Shown in pieces: positions 10,046 to 19,850 of a stretch of DNA of 64,000 nt; position 1 is the first letter of the stretch; each line of letters starts with the position of its first letter. A model generated the notes under the pieces. It saw nothing but the letters and a program-made list of their open reading frames with translations, was not told the DNA's origin and ran no database searches. Source of the DNA: a virus. Where the stretch lies: the IMG/VR virus record IMGVR_UViG_3300046535_000869, positions 38,083-102,082 of that record; one strand, written 5' to 3'. Position numbers and translations under genes: made by a program.

Positions 10046-11259
10046 AGGTAGCCCAACCTCAATGACTTGCGCTCCAGCGTGACCGCGACGCCCGGCTTGC
10101 CGTCGTGGTACGTGACCCAGAGCCGCTTCCGCTGGCCCGGATAGACAGGCCCGACGCCCAGGGCCTCGTTCGTGACCGTCAGGTCCAACCGAGCGCCATC
10201 TTTGACCGCCGCCCGGACCACGTCCGCGACGTCGACCGTCTCCGCCTCCGACACGCCGTACCGCGCCGACAGGATGGTGAGGCCAGTAGGTTCTGGTGCT
10301 GCGCCGCCGGTAGGTTTTGCCGCCGACATCGCCGCCGCCGGAGTGTCGCCCAGGTAGCCGCGCGCGGCCCGGAACGCCTCGTCGAGGTCGGTCGGCCAGG
10401 ATGGCACGCTTCCTGATTGCGCCGAGAACTTCTCAATCAGCCAGCGAAGGTCGTGAACCCGCCCGGCCCACTGGTCGAGCATCCAGTGCCGAACACACCA
10501 CGCCGAGCCGAGCTTCAGCTCCCGCTTGTCGATGAAGTAGCCGCGCCCATGTTGCGGCCCCTTATGGAGATGCGCGTACCAGGTGCGCTTCGTGACCGCG
10601 ACGTGTCCGCCGCCGAGCCACGTCTTGAGGCCCAGCTCCTGGAACTCCTGGATGAACGTCCCGTAGGTCGCCGGGTTGTCGTCCAGCCCGCCCAGCCAGT
10701 CGAAATGCCGCCGGTCCATCACCCAGCACGAACCCTGGCTCGACATCTCGTCGTCGACCTCGTACGCCGGGTTGCCCAGCCGCGCCTTGATGCGCTCGTT
10801 CCAGATGGTGCCGTGCAGCCCGCACTTCGGGTCGTTCGGCCGCGCAAACGGGTAGCTCAGGTAGTGGTAGTCGACGTCCAGCTTGCCGACATCCTGGATG
10901 GCCCAGGCGTCCGCATCGAGCCGCTTGCGCCGAGGAACCAGGATGCTGTGGTCGTCCGGGAGGTCCCGCTGAACCTGCTCGTCGAAGCCAGGCGCGACCA
11001 TACAATGGGCGTCCAGCTTCATCAGCACGTCCGCCGAGGCCATCGCCACGCCGTCGTTAATCCCGGCCCGCATGCCGCCCGCTGTGCCTTTATGGAGGAC
11101 CTTGACGCGCGGGTCGGCCGGGAGGGGCGTCTCCGGCCAGTAGCCGTCGAGGACGGCGATGACCTCGATGTCACCAGTAGCCTTCTCCAGCAGATCCTGG
11201 ACGGTACGGCCGAGGAACTTCTCGCCGCGTGACGGGAGGATAATACTCAGCTTCGCCAT
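10042..11259 (-). CDS. GT2 glycosyltransferase with C-terminal SUEL-lectin/DUF3395-like domain
   Basis: LSIILPSRGE, KLDAHC, SSQGSCW (paralogous to 6526..7515). C-terminal ILSARYG...DVADVVR...YPGQRKRLWVTY. Confidence 0.85.
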   Translation of the reverse strand: MAKLSIILPSRGEKFLGRTVQDLLEKATGDIEVIAVLDGYWPETPLPADPRVKVLHKGTAGGMRAGINDGVAMASADVLMKLDAHCMVAPGFDEQVQRDLPDDHSILVPRRKRLDADAWAIQDVGKLDVDYHYLSYPFARPNDPKCGLHGTIWNERIKARLGNPAYEVDDEMSSQGSCWVMDRRHFDWLGGLDDNPATYGTFIQEFQELGLKTWLGGGHVAVTKRTWYAHLHKGPQHGRGYFIDKRELKLGSAWCVRHWMLDQWAGRVHDLRWLIEKFSAQSGSVPSWPTDLDEAFRAARGYLGDTPAAAMSAAKPTGGAAPEPTGLTILSARYGVSEAETVDVADVVRAAVKDGARLDLTVTNEALGVGPVYPGQRKRLWVTYHDGKPGVAVTLERKSLRLGYL

Positions 11260-11286
11260 TGGCCCCGCTGGCGCGCTCCTGACCGG

Positions 11287-11691
11287 TTAGGGTTTGTTCT
11301 CGAAGCTGAAGGTCGGTGTGACCTTGACCTCGTCGTCTGTGTGCGCGATGTTGTACGGCCCATCGTCGAACCGCTCGACCCAGACCAGGTCGCCCGCCGC
11401 CGACGTGACGTAGTAGCCGTAGGCCGGTCCAGCCGCCCCGGTGAACAGGAAGCTCTGCCGCGCGTAGGTCGCCAGGCTCGGCTCGCCGACCGCGACGCCC
11501 CACGCGCCAGCCGGGAGCGTCTTCGCCGCGTAGCCGCCGCCCGCCATCTCGACCAGGTTATCCAGCCGCGTCGCGACCGACGGTGTGTAGTCGTTGGCGT
11601 ACAGGTGCAGCGTGAACGGCGAGAGGCTCGACGTGTTCAAGATGGCGTTGAGGATGTCGGCCGATGCCGCCGACGGAATAACCAGCGTCAT
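11287..11691 (-). CDS. Putative phage structural protein
   Basis: LHLYANDYTP...GGGYAAKTL...YGYYVT...WVERF pattern typical of small virion proteins. Directly follows portal. Confidence 0.55.
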   Translation of the reverse strand: MTLVIPSAASADILNAILNTSSLSPFTLHLYANDYTPSVATRLDNLVEMAGGGYAAKTLPAGAWGVAVGEPSLATYARQSFLFTGAAGPAYGYYVTSAAGDLVWVERFDDGPYNIAHTDDEVKVTPTFSFENKP

Positions 11692-14084
11692 ACGGCCTCG
11701 TCCTTATCTGTGTGAATCTTCGCAATCAGCCCGCGCTCGTCCCGCTCGACGGTCTGGGTTACCCGACCTGCCGTGAGCTGCTTGGGTGCCTTCGGCGCTT
11801 CGACGGTGATGTGAATCTCCGGCAGGCCCTTCGACATCTGCCGCCTCAGCTCCGCCTTGACGGCCCGCTCTTGGGTACGGAAGGCCGATCCCAGCTTGGT
11901 CTTCAGAAGCCGGACGTACGCCATCCGCTCGGCGTCCAGGGCCTTCCAGCGCGACTTCCGAAGCATCCCCGCCAGCTCGCCGCCCGCCTCGTCGCCGCCG
12001 CCGCGCGCGAGAGGCGTGATGACCGTGCAGCGACAGTTACAGTCGTCCTCTGGCCCGCCCATCTCGCCAGGGTACGGCCCGCTGTTCCCGGAGGTCTCAG
12101 ACTCGAAGTCATCGTCGACCGCCTGGACCTGGCCGTCCATCTCGACATGGCTGGCCGACTCGGTATTCCGAACCCTGTCATCTTGAGTGGACAACCACTC
12201 TTTTTCCTCGAATCCTGCTTGCGACATGCCCTCCAGCGCCCCGAAGTTGGAGGACCGGGTGATCTCGGTCGTCGCAATCAGGTCGGCCCGGAACTCGTCC
12301 GCCAGGTCGAAGACCTCGGTGATCCGGTCCGAGATGTCGTCGAAGGTCTCGCCCTCCTCCAGGCCGTCAGCGATAGCGTTGGCGATGTCTTCCTTGGTCG
12401 ACTCGTTGATCATGCCGGTGACGCGGTCCGCGCCCCAGCTCCGCATGTGGTTGATGACGTTCGGGTCGGACAGGTCGAACGGGTTCTCAATGGCCGCGTC
12501 GGTCAGGACTTGCTGCCCGAAGTGGCCGATGACCGACCGGATGACCGGACGCCCGGCCCGGATGATGACCTGCGCGTCGGCCGCGTTGGCGATCTCGTGC
12601 GGGTCCGGCCCATCCGCTTTCTCACGCGCGCGTGAGACTTTCGCGACCCGACCCTTGAGCCGCTTCGGCGGAACTGCGTCGCCACTGGTCGTCGCCGCAG
12701 GCGGGAGCGCGGAGTCCGGCTCAGGCTGAGGCGTGCCAGGGTCCGGCTTCGGGTTGAACGCCTCGGCCGTGAACGACGTGACCGGCGTCAGGTTGAACGG
12801 GACCATGTGAACCTTGCCCCGGTTGTTCGGGAGAGGCTCACGCCCAGCGAAGCCGCGCCACTCGTCCAGGTCGAACGCTTCCGGCTTGGCCTGCCAGACC
12901 TTGAGGATGAACTCGCGGTCCTCCTGGACCGGGTTCACGTAGTCGATGACCAGGCGCTCGTCGAACAACGGCATCAGGGTCTCCTGCATCTGCGCCCGGA
13001 GGAACTCCGCGCGAGGCACAATGACCCTGGACTGGTAGATGAAGTCGGCCGACTCGATGGTCGACCGGTTGCTGTTCTCGATGACGCCCGCGATCTCTGG
13101 CGGGATGCCCAGCGTTTGCAGGATGTTATCCCGCTGTTGCTTGCGAATCTCGCCGAACTGTTGCTGCTCGAAGCTGGGACTGAGCTGGTGGACGTCGACC
13201 TTCGCGCCGAGGAAGGCAGGCATCCAGCCCGCGCCGACCCGCTGGAACTTCGACAGCCACTTCTCCTCGACCCGCTGCAGCTCCGACAAGCCGAGGCCCA
13301 GGCCCGCGATAAGGACCGGCGGAACCGCCCGATTACGGAAGAAATCCTTGATGTACTTGGCCGCGTATTCGTCCGTCTCCAGCTCGTCGGCGAGGACCTG
13401 GGCGATGCCAGTGCCACGGCTGAACGGGTTGGCGGGCGACGGATGGTACGCCCAGAACATGTTCGGTTTCGGCACGTCCCATGTGCCGCCAGGCCCGACG
13501 ATGCGGTAGAAGCCGCCGGTCGAGGCCGGGAGCGCCGTAATCCAGGTCGGCGGAATCGGGAGCGCCTTGACCGGCATCCGGTACTGGTTCAGCTCCAGCA
13601 GCCAGGAGGTCTCGCCAACCAGGTCCAGATGGGTCTGGGCGAGCTGCATCGAGACCAGGCCAGGGAAGTACTCGTTCCCGGCCGTCAGGAGGTCGATGAC
13701 CGGATGGTTGGGTAACTCGCGCAGCTTGCCAGCTTTGATGTACTGGCTCATCAGCTCGGCGCGAACCTTGCTTGATGCGCGCTGCAGCCGCTTGTCGCGG
13801 AACGCCTTGCCAGGCTGGAGCGAGGTACCCGGATCTAGGGTAGGCACGTAAACGTGCCAGGTGAGGCCCGCGACATCCTCAGAGATTTTCTGGAGGAAGG
13901 ACCGGAGCCAGGGCATCGTGTCGTACGCCCGGAGCATGCCGTCCGTGCCGAGGCGCGGAGCCGTCGACCAGGACGGCCAGACGGAGCCGCCGATGCCGCC
14001 TGTCCCAGCGAAGATCTTGGACGCCGCGCTGCTCACCAGCGACGCAGCTCGACCGAGGATGGACGGAGTGTTTCGCCTGGACAA
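11688..14084 (-). CDS. Phage portal protein (HK97-like) fused to MuF/SPP1 gp7-like head morphogenesis domain
   Basis: Portal motifs (QTHLDLVGETSW, FFRNRAVP, ILQTLGIPP, NRSTIE), then ADLIATTEITRS...KEWLSTQDDRVR...H...DG...YPG...NCRC. Confidence 0.9.
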   Translation of the reverse strand: MSRRNTPSILGRAASLVSSAASKIFAGTGGIGGSVWPSWSTAPRLGTDGMLRAYDTMPWLRSFLQKISEDVAGLTWHVYVPTLDPGTSLQPGKAFRDKRLQRASSKVRAELMSQYIKAGKLRELPNHPVIDLLTAGNEYFPGLVSMQLAQTHLDLVGETSWLLELNQYRMPVKALPIPPTWITALPASTGGFYRIVGPGGTWDVPKPNMFWAYHPSPANPFSRGTGIAQVLADELETDEYAAKYIKDFFRNRAVPPVLIAGLGLGLSELQRVEEKWLSKFQRVGAGWMPAFLGAKVDVHQLSPSFEQQQFGEIRKQQRDNILQTLGIPPEIAGVIENSNRSTIESADFIYQSRVIVPRAEFLRAQMQETLMPLFDERLVIDYVNPVQEDREFILKVWQAKPEAFDLDEWRGFAGREPLPNNRGKVHMVPFNLTPVTSFTAEAFNPKPDPGTPQPEPDSALPPAATTSGDAVPPKRLKGRVAKVSRAREKADGPDPHEIANAADAQVIIRAGRPVIRSVIGHFGQQVLTDAAIENPFDLSDPNVINHMRSWGADRVTGMINESTKEDIANAIADGLEEGETFDDISDRITEVFDLADEFRADLIATTEITRSSNFGALEGMSQAGFEEKEWLSTQDDRVRNTESASHVEMDGQVQAVDDDFESETSGNSGPYPGEMGGPEDDCNCRCTVITPLARGGGDEAGGELAGMLRKSRWKALDAERMAYVRLLKTKLGSAFRTQERAVKAELRRQMSKGLPEIHITVEAPKAPKQLTAGRVTQTVERDERGLIAKIHTDKDEAV

Positions 14085-14459
14085 TTGGGCCTTGTCCAGT
14101 TTTATGACGAGCTACTCTGAATTGCTAGAGGGTCGGGTCCGAGGGACGCGAACTTCCCGAACGTCGCCGCGATACGGGTCGGACGACCACTCCTCAATCG
14201 GCGGACAGGGACACTCGAAGACGTGCATGCGGTGGACGGTACAGAGGAACTCGCCACAGCCTTGAGGACACCGAACCCATGCAGGCATGGTTCTTGCCTT
14301 GGGAACAGTTCTTGCCTGGCGCGTCACAGACGCCGGTCCTTCAGGTAGGCCAGGCCGGTCCAGACCGCCAGGCCGAGGAAGATCGCCCGGCCTGGCGTGC
14401 CAGGGATGAAGACAAACGACAGCGCCACGAACGCACCACTCATCAGCCCGCCGAGCATG

Positions 14460-14711
14460 TTAGGCTCCATTCCAAACGACATCGAACTCCTGGCCCTCGA
14501 CGACGACCGGGATGGCTGGCCGAGGCTGGAGGCGCTCGTCTGGGATTTTGTTCCTGGCGATCTGCTCCTCGGCCCGGCGGACCTGGTCGCGCTCACGCTC
14601 GAAGACCGACTGCTCGAACAGGCCCAGCCGCGTCGCGCAGCGCCGACAGTGACCGCGCGTCTGAACCCATCGAACCTGGCATGCCTTACACATCTGCGTC
14701 TTGAAGCTCAT
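14460..14711 (-). CDS. Small Zn-finger protein
   Basis: CKAC...CRRC; ATGA overlap. Confidence 0.55.
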   Translation of the reverse strand: MSFKTQMCKACQVRWVQTRGHCRRCATRLGLFEQSVFERERDQVRRAEEQIARNKIPDERLQPRPAIPVVVEGQEFDVVWNGA

Positions 14712-15076
14712 CGCGACCTCCGCTCGATCTCGCGCTGGCAGTACCAGAGCGCCTTCTTCAGGTCCTCCAGCTCGTGGCCCTTCTCGTCCGCACGCCACAG
14801 GTACTTGATCGCGTTGCCGACGTTGAAGTTGAAATGCTCGACGATGGTGATGCACTCGACGCCGGACGGGTGCGCGTTGTAGTGCTTCGGATGGTTGACC
14901 GTCTCCTTCGGCGGAAGGACGCCAGCTATCGACTTGTCAATCGCGCGCGACTGCCGCCGACGCATGGCCATCAGCACCGACGCCGGGTCGCCCGCGCAGT
15001 TCCCGCAGATGTCGCCGACCATGATCGGCAGCTCGCAGACGATACACACGTTCGGACTCACTGAGGTCTCCGCCAT
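14708..15076 (-). CDS. DUF3310 (T7 gp1.7-like) protein
   Basis: VNHPKHYN...ECITIVEHFNFNVGNAIKYLWRA...EDLKKALWY. Confidence 0.85.
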   Translation of the reverse strand: MAETSVSPNVCIVCELPIMVGDICGNCAGDPASVLMAMRRRQSRAIDKSIAGVLPPKETVNHPKHYNAHPSGVECITIVEHFNFNVGNAIKYLWRADEKGHELEDLKKALWYCQREIERRSR

Positions 15077-15085
15077 CGTCGTCTC

Positions 15086-15247
15086 CTAGTGTTTGTAGAG
15101 GAATGTCACCGTGGCCGTGATGCAGAGCGCCGAGGCCCAGTAGCAGGCGTCGGCCAGGGAGCGCGCCCAGGTCCATCGGATGATGTTCGCCGCGTACAGG
15201 ACCATAATTATAAAATTAAACATGCGAGGGTCAGACAGCCAGCGCAT
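15086..15247 (-). CDS. Small membrane protein
   Basis: Two hydrophobic segments; SD GGAG upstream. Confidence 0.5.
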   Translation of the reverse strand: MRWLSDPRMFNFIIMVLYAANIIRWTWARSLADACYWASALCITATVTFLYKH

Positions 15248-15674
15248 CTCCGGTCCCCCACGTCCTGACCGCGTGACAATTCGCACAGACTAAATCGCAC
15301 TTGGCGATCTCGGTCATCATCAATCTCACGCTCATAGTGCCGGTCACGGCACGGCCGATCTGAAACTTCTTCTTCGCTGGCTCGCGGTGGTCGAAGTGCA
15401 TGGCTGCTGGAGCAAACGACCCGCCGCAATCGCTACATGCCTCGGCCTTCAGTTGGCGCACGATACGCTTCTTAATCGTGGAGACTCGTAATCGCGCCCT
15501 GCGAACGGAAGCGCGGTATCGTTCTGGATCTTTCCGCCGCCGCTCCTTCATGTCTTCTGCAAGGCACGGCTTACACCATCGGTGGAGGCCGTCTTTCGAT
15601 TTGGCCGATTTGCAGTAGTCGCTGAGAGGTCTATCCGTGCGACACCTGATGCAGTTCTTCGTTCCGGCTCTCAA
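15231..15674 (-). CDS. HNH endonuclease-like protein
   Basis: CIRC...CKPC, CSDCG...HFDH...CDLVCANCH. Start uncertain; lower GC than flanks. Confidence 0.75.
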   Translation of the reverse strand: MRAGTKNCIRCRTDRPLSDYCKSAKSKDGLHRWCKPCLAEDMKERRRKDPERYRASVRRARLRVSTIKKRIVRQLKAEACSDCGGSFAPAAMHFDHREPAKKKFQIGRAVTGTMSVRLMMTEIAKCDLVCANCHAVRTWGTGDALAV

Positions 15675-15952
15675 TGGTCGCCTCGCAGCCCAGCCAAGAT
15701 CGTCGGTGACGCCGCCTCGATGGAGTACTGGCCGACGGCCCGCTGGACGATGATGCCCTTCCCGGCGAACCACGCGCGCGGTTGCGCCGCGCCCGGCCGG
15801 TAGACGCTGGTGACCGGCACGTTCAGCACAACTTCCGTCGCCGCGATACAGGCGTCCGACAGGTGAATCGTCCAGACCTCGCGCAGCCCGCGCCGCATGT
15901 TGTTCTGGTTGAAGTGGAGCCGGAACTTCCGCGCCTTCATCGACAGCGCCAT
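15671..15952 (-). CDS. Hypothetical protein
   Basis: Coupled ORF (overlapping start/stop) in operon. Confidence 0.55.
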   Translation of the reverse strand: MALSMKARKFRLHFNQNNMRRGLREVWTIHLSDACIAATEVVLNVPVTSVYRPGAAQPRAWFAGKGIIVQRAVGQYSIEAASPTILAGLRGDH

Positions 15953-16100
15953 CAGTCGCCCTTCCGCGCGACGATGGTCTGCGTGTGCTCCAGACCGCAG
16001 CCTGAGCAGACCAGGTACAGGTACGAATGTACGTGAGGCGGAGCCGGGCTGATGATCTTGACGATGAACAGCTCGCTGCACTTCGGACACACGATGTCCA

Positions 16101-16607
16101 TCACGAGATGCGTATCTGGCATCGGACGCCGCATGCCTTCCCGGATTCCTTGTCCATCACGATGGCCGACTGCTGCGACATCGCGATGTCCGCCAGGCGA
16201 ACCTCAATCTCGCTCGGCCTCCAGCCCTTCGTCGCGTCATCAGGCTTGACGCCGTACATCAGCTCCTGGGCCGACTCGCCAGGCTTCAGCGTCTTGTCGA
16301 GGCTCTCCCGCATCTGCGCCAGGACGATGTCGAGCCTAGCCGTGATGTCGCCCAGCGTATCAGAGCCGAGGTTGATCGGGACAGGCGTGTAGCCCGCGTC
16401 CTCGACGGCCTGTGCCAGCTCCGCGTCAGCGTCCGCCTCGGCCAGCTTCGTCGCCGCCAGCGCGGTCCGCGCGTCCGAGTAGCCCTCGTCGAATCGCTTC
16501 CTGAACGCCCGCCGGAACGCGCCGACGAAGATCCTGACCCAGAGGACGCCCGCGACCAGCAGCCCGCCGACCACCATCCCGCCGATGAGGAACAGCAGCG
16601 GAATCAT
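16101..16607 (-). CDS. Hypothetical membrane-anchored protein
   Basis: N-terminal transmembrane segment. Confidence 0.55.
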   Translation of the reverse strand: MIPLLFLIGGMVVGGLLVAGVLWVRIFVGAFRRAFRKRFDEGYSDARTALAATKLAEADADAELAQAVEDAGYTPVPINLGSDTLGDITARLDIVLAQMRESLDKTLKPGESAQELMYGVKPDDATKGWRPSEIEVRLADIAMSQQSAIVMDKESGKACGVRCQIRIS

Positions 16608-16822
16608 CAGTTGACCAGAGGAAGAACGCCGCTCTTGAACAGGTACGACCGGAGGTTGCGCCAGGGAATCTTGTAGCAGCGCCCCACATAGACGCCGCGA
16701 ATGTCGCCAGCCTTGATGAGTTCTCGGACGGTCTTCCCGGAGATGCCAATCAGCTCGACCGCGTGCCGCGTGCCGAGCGTTGGACCGTCTTCTTTGTGCT
16801 GCATGTCGTGGAGCGTCGGCAT
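16607..16822 (-). CDS. Excisionase-like helix-turn-helix protein (HTH_17)
   Basis: LGTRHAVELIGISGKTVRELIKAGDIRGVYVGRCYKIP. Confidence 0.75.
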   Translation of the reverse strand: MPTLHDMQHKEDGPTLGTRHAVELIGISGKTVRELIKAGDIRGVYVGRCYKIPWRNLRSYLFKSGVLPLVN

Positions 16823-16996
16823 CAGGTCTTTGTCCCTTTGCCCCGGATCTTGGTTTTCCAGTCCTTCGCCTTGGGAAGCGGAGGGTTCTTGCTCATCGGT
16901 AGCCTCGCGCGAGGTACTCGATGTAGACGAGCGCCCCGAAGATGATGATCGCTTCGACGGTGAAGTAGACGACGTCACGCCGCGAACCGGGCCAGC

Positions 16997-17458
16997 TCAT
17001 CGACGCCCTTTCCACTCGTTCCGCGTCAGTGCCAGCACGTCCCAGTAGTCGCCGTAGATGTACTCGCCGTCGACCTTCGCCATCGGGTATTTGCCGCCCT
17101 CGATGACGCGGCAGCAATCGTACGTTCCGTAGATGTGGCTCAACTTCTCGGTGACAAGGTTCCGCACCGTGACGCGAATATCAGGCGCGTTGTTGTAGCG
17201 CATGTAACCGAGACCGGAGGCGTGCCAGCCCTCCGGCGCGATCTCCATACTGACGACCCGGCCCTGACAGAGTATTTCGCCGGGCGCGTCGGTTGCCCAC
17301 TCGAAGATGTAGTGCTTGCCGACCTCGCAATCGAGCAGCGTCAACTGGCGCGCGTAGACAGGCTCGACGCGGAAGCTATACACGTCAGGCTTCGCCTCGG
17401 CCAACTTCGGCACGAACGGCAGGCAGGACAGGAGACCGAGGAACCAGCGCCGGGTCAT
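16997..17458 (-). CDS. Hypothetical protein with Tat-like N-terminus
   Basis: MTRRWFLGLLSCLPFV. Confidence 0.5.
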   Translation of the reverse strand: MTRRWFLGLLSCLPFVPKLAEAKPDVYSFRVEPVYARQLTLLDCEVGKHYIFEWATDAPGEILCQGRVVSMEIAPEGWHASGLGYMRYNNAPDIRVTVRNLVTEKLSHIYGTYDCCRVIEGGKYPMAKVDGEYIYGDYWDVLALTRNEWKGRR

Positions 17459-18272
17459 AGCGCGACTCCTGGGATGGCGTTCGGAGCCAGGACCTTCAGC
17501 GTGAACTCCTCGCCGGTCTGCGTGACCTCCAGGATGCTCACATAGTCAGAGCCGTTGCGGACAGCCTGCAGCATCGACTGGATGGCAACCATGTTCAGCA
17601 TCAGCTTCATCCCAGGCCGAATCAGCGCCCGGCCGATGTGCGTGTCCGGTGGAGCATCCACGGTGCCGTCGGCGTTCATGCCTTCTTCGCCTCAACCGGG
17701 ACGACCGGCTTCTTCTTCGGAGGAACCAGCGCGACCGTCTTCACCAGCGTCGACCGCCCAGGAGGCACGCCATCCGCGATGGGCTTCGCCTCGTAGCCGC
17801 CTTCGACGATGTAGACGCCGACCGGAGCGCCGCCGTTCTCGCGCGAGTACTTCGCCGCCCAGTCGTCAGCCCGCCACTGGAGCGCGGCCCGACAACGGTT
17901 CCGAGGAGGAGCTGGCATCTAGTGTGCGACTTCCTTCCGACTTGTCCGCTGGGTGAACCGGGAGACTTGCTGGTCCGGGAGCCAGGGATTGCCCTGGTCC
18001 GGCCGGGCCATGCGCTTCAGCGCCGCCTGGCGCTTCTCCGCCTCGGCGACCTCAAGCCGCCGCTTCTCGCCAGCCGCCTCCAGGAGGAGGTCGTCACGCC
18101 TGGCGTGAATGACCCTGACCGGCTTGATGAGGGTGTCGATGGCCTTGTCCTGTGCTGAACTGAACAGCCCGACCAGGAGGCGCTGCGCTAGGCTAAGCGC
18201 CGGAGAGTACGCGAACGCCAGCAGACAGAGGCCAGCCAGCGCGGACCATAGCTCGAAGGGTGTGACCCTCAC
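17455..18272 (-). CDS. Three coupled hypothetical ORFs (17455-17679, 17676-17918, 17919-18272)
   Basis: Abutting or overlapping start/stop codons. Confidence 0.5.
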
Positions 18273-18520
18273 GATGGAACCTGGTCATGGTTGAGCGCCT
18301 CAACCTCAGCGTCCGACAGCCGAACGCCCTTATGGTCCGGGTGCGAACCCAGCCGCTGGAGCCAGCTTCCCTTGGACGGTGCGCGGAGGAGCGCCGCGTG
18401 CATCTCCGCCGTCACGCCGTCGAACTTGTAGAACCGTCCGTCTTTATACTTCACGACCAGGCCAGCGGGCCGTAGCCCGACCGCCTCAACGTGCGAACTC
18501 GTCACCGTCGTCATCAGCAT
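18269..18520 (-). CDS. KTSC domain protein
   Basis: VTSSHVEAVG...LVVKYKDGRFYKFDGV...LLRAPSKGSW. Confidence 0.8.
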   Translation of the reverse strand: MLMTTVTSSHVEAVGLRPAGLVVKYKDGRFYKFDGVTAEMHAALLRAPSKGSWLQRLGSHPDHKGVRLSDAEVEALNHDQVPS

Positions 18521-18593
18521 ACCAGTCCTTGTGGGTTGGGCCAGGATGAGGCACAGGATAGCACCCTACCGGCCCAGCCGTAAAGATCTTCTG

Positions 18594-19429
18594 TTAACTT
18601 GCCGCCTCGCCCAGCCCGCCGGTCTTCCGCTCCAGGTGGGTCAAGGTCTCCAGGCAGAGCGCCTGCCAGCGGGTCGTGATGGCCGTCTGCCGCTTCGCCA
18701 GCTCGACCAGGTCGAGGACCGTCCCGGTCAGCCGAGCCATGTGTAGCTCGGCCCGCATCTGGGTAATCGCTTCCTGCATCTGCCTGTCCGGGTCCGGCAG
18801 GACGCCCTCCCGGCTTTCGATCCGTACGCTGACAGGTATCATCCTCGTCTCCTATTCGTAAACCACCGTGATGCCGTCCATCCCGGCTGCGTTGAGCTGC
18901 TTCGTCATCGCCTCCGCCGTGGCTTGCCCGGTCGCCTGAATGTACTGGTAGTACGCGTCGGCCTCGGCCTTCATCAGACGACGCCGCCAGCGGAGGTAGC
19001 GGTTGATCCGCCGCCGCGTCGGCGACCTGACCTTGACGAGGAACAGCGCCAGCCCGATGTTCGACAGATCCTTCTTCGTCTTCCGAGGAAGCCGGGTCTT
19101 CATGCTGGCCGACTTGTCCCGGCGATGATGCCGATGTCAGGGCCAGCCCAGACGAGGCCGGTCTTCCGCTCCCAGCGGAGCAACCGGCTGACCAGCTTGT
19201 AGTCGCCTCTCCGCATGCGGAGCGCGAACGCACGCTTCGCCAGCGCCTTCTTCATCTTCCGAGGAAGCCGAGGCCCATGTTGACCGAGCACGGCAAGCTG
19301 TCCCAGCGGCTTACGCAGCCCGACGATGGCGTCCGTCGCCAGCCTGCCGTGCTCGGCCAAGTCCTTCATCGACGCCGTCATCTGGTCGACAGCCGCGATG
19401 ATGAGCGCGGTGGCCTCGTCTCCGATCAT
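18594..19429 (-). CDS. Three hypothetical ORFs (18594-18842, 18852-19103, 19100-19429)
   Basis: SD motifs and coupled overlaps. Confidence 0.5.
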
Positions 19430-19544
19430 CGAATAACTAGCCAGCGCGCGATGCTCGCACCGATGAGCAGCGCCAGTGTGACGACCCAGATCGGCGCGTC
19501 CAGCTCGACGTTCAGTCGGCCGTGCCTGACGCTCACGTCGAACG

Positions 19545-19796
19545 TCACAGGATGACCCAGTCGTCCGCCGCGAGGTCGCCTTCGCTGACGAGTAGCTTGT
19601 GACCGCCAGCGATCCTGTCGCCGATGCTGTCCGCGATGTAGATGTGCAGGAAGCCGCCCTGCATGAAGATCTGGTCACCGTCCGGCCAGCTCAGTCGACG
19701 GGCGGACTGCCCGGCGAGGAGCGCGGTGATGAGGACGTCGCCGAATCGGCGCTGTGTCTTGGAAGCTGTCGGTGTAGCTGTCGGTGAACCTGCCAT
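19545..19796 (-). CDS. DUF2829-like protein
   Basis: FGDVLITALLAGQSARRLSW...SEGDLAADDWVIL. Confidence 0.7.
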   Translation of the reverse strand: MAGSPTATPTASKTQRRFGDVLITALLAGQSARRLSWPDGDQIFMQGGFLHIYIADSIGDRIAGGHKLLVSEGDLAADDWVIL

Positions 19797-19811
19797 CGTC
19801 GTCTCCTGAAG

Positions 19812-19840
19812 AAAAGCAGGCCAGCGCGGTGCTGGCCTGC
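19812..19840 (-). terminator. Rho-independent terminator
   Basis: 10-bp perfect stem GCAGGCCAGC/GCTGGCCTGC followed by TTTTC on the minus strand. Confidence 0.7.
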
Positions 19841-19850
19841 CGGTGAACGC

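Noticed and set aside
16607-16822. Excisionase implying a prophage attachment site
   Set aside because: No integrase or att-like repeat seen in the window; HTH_17 proteins are common regulators.
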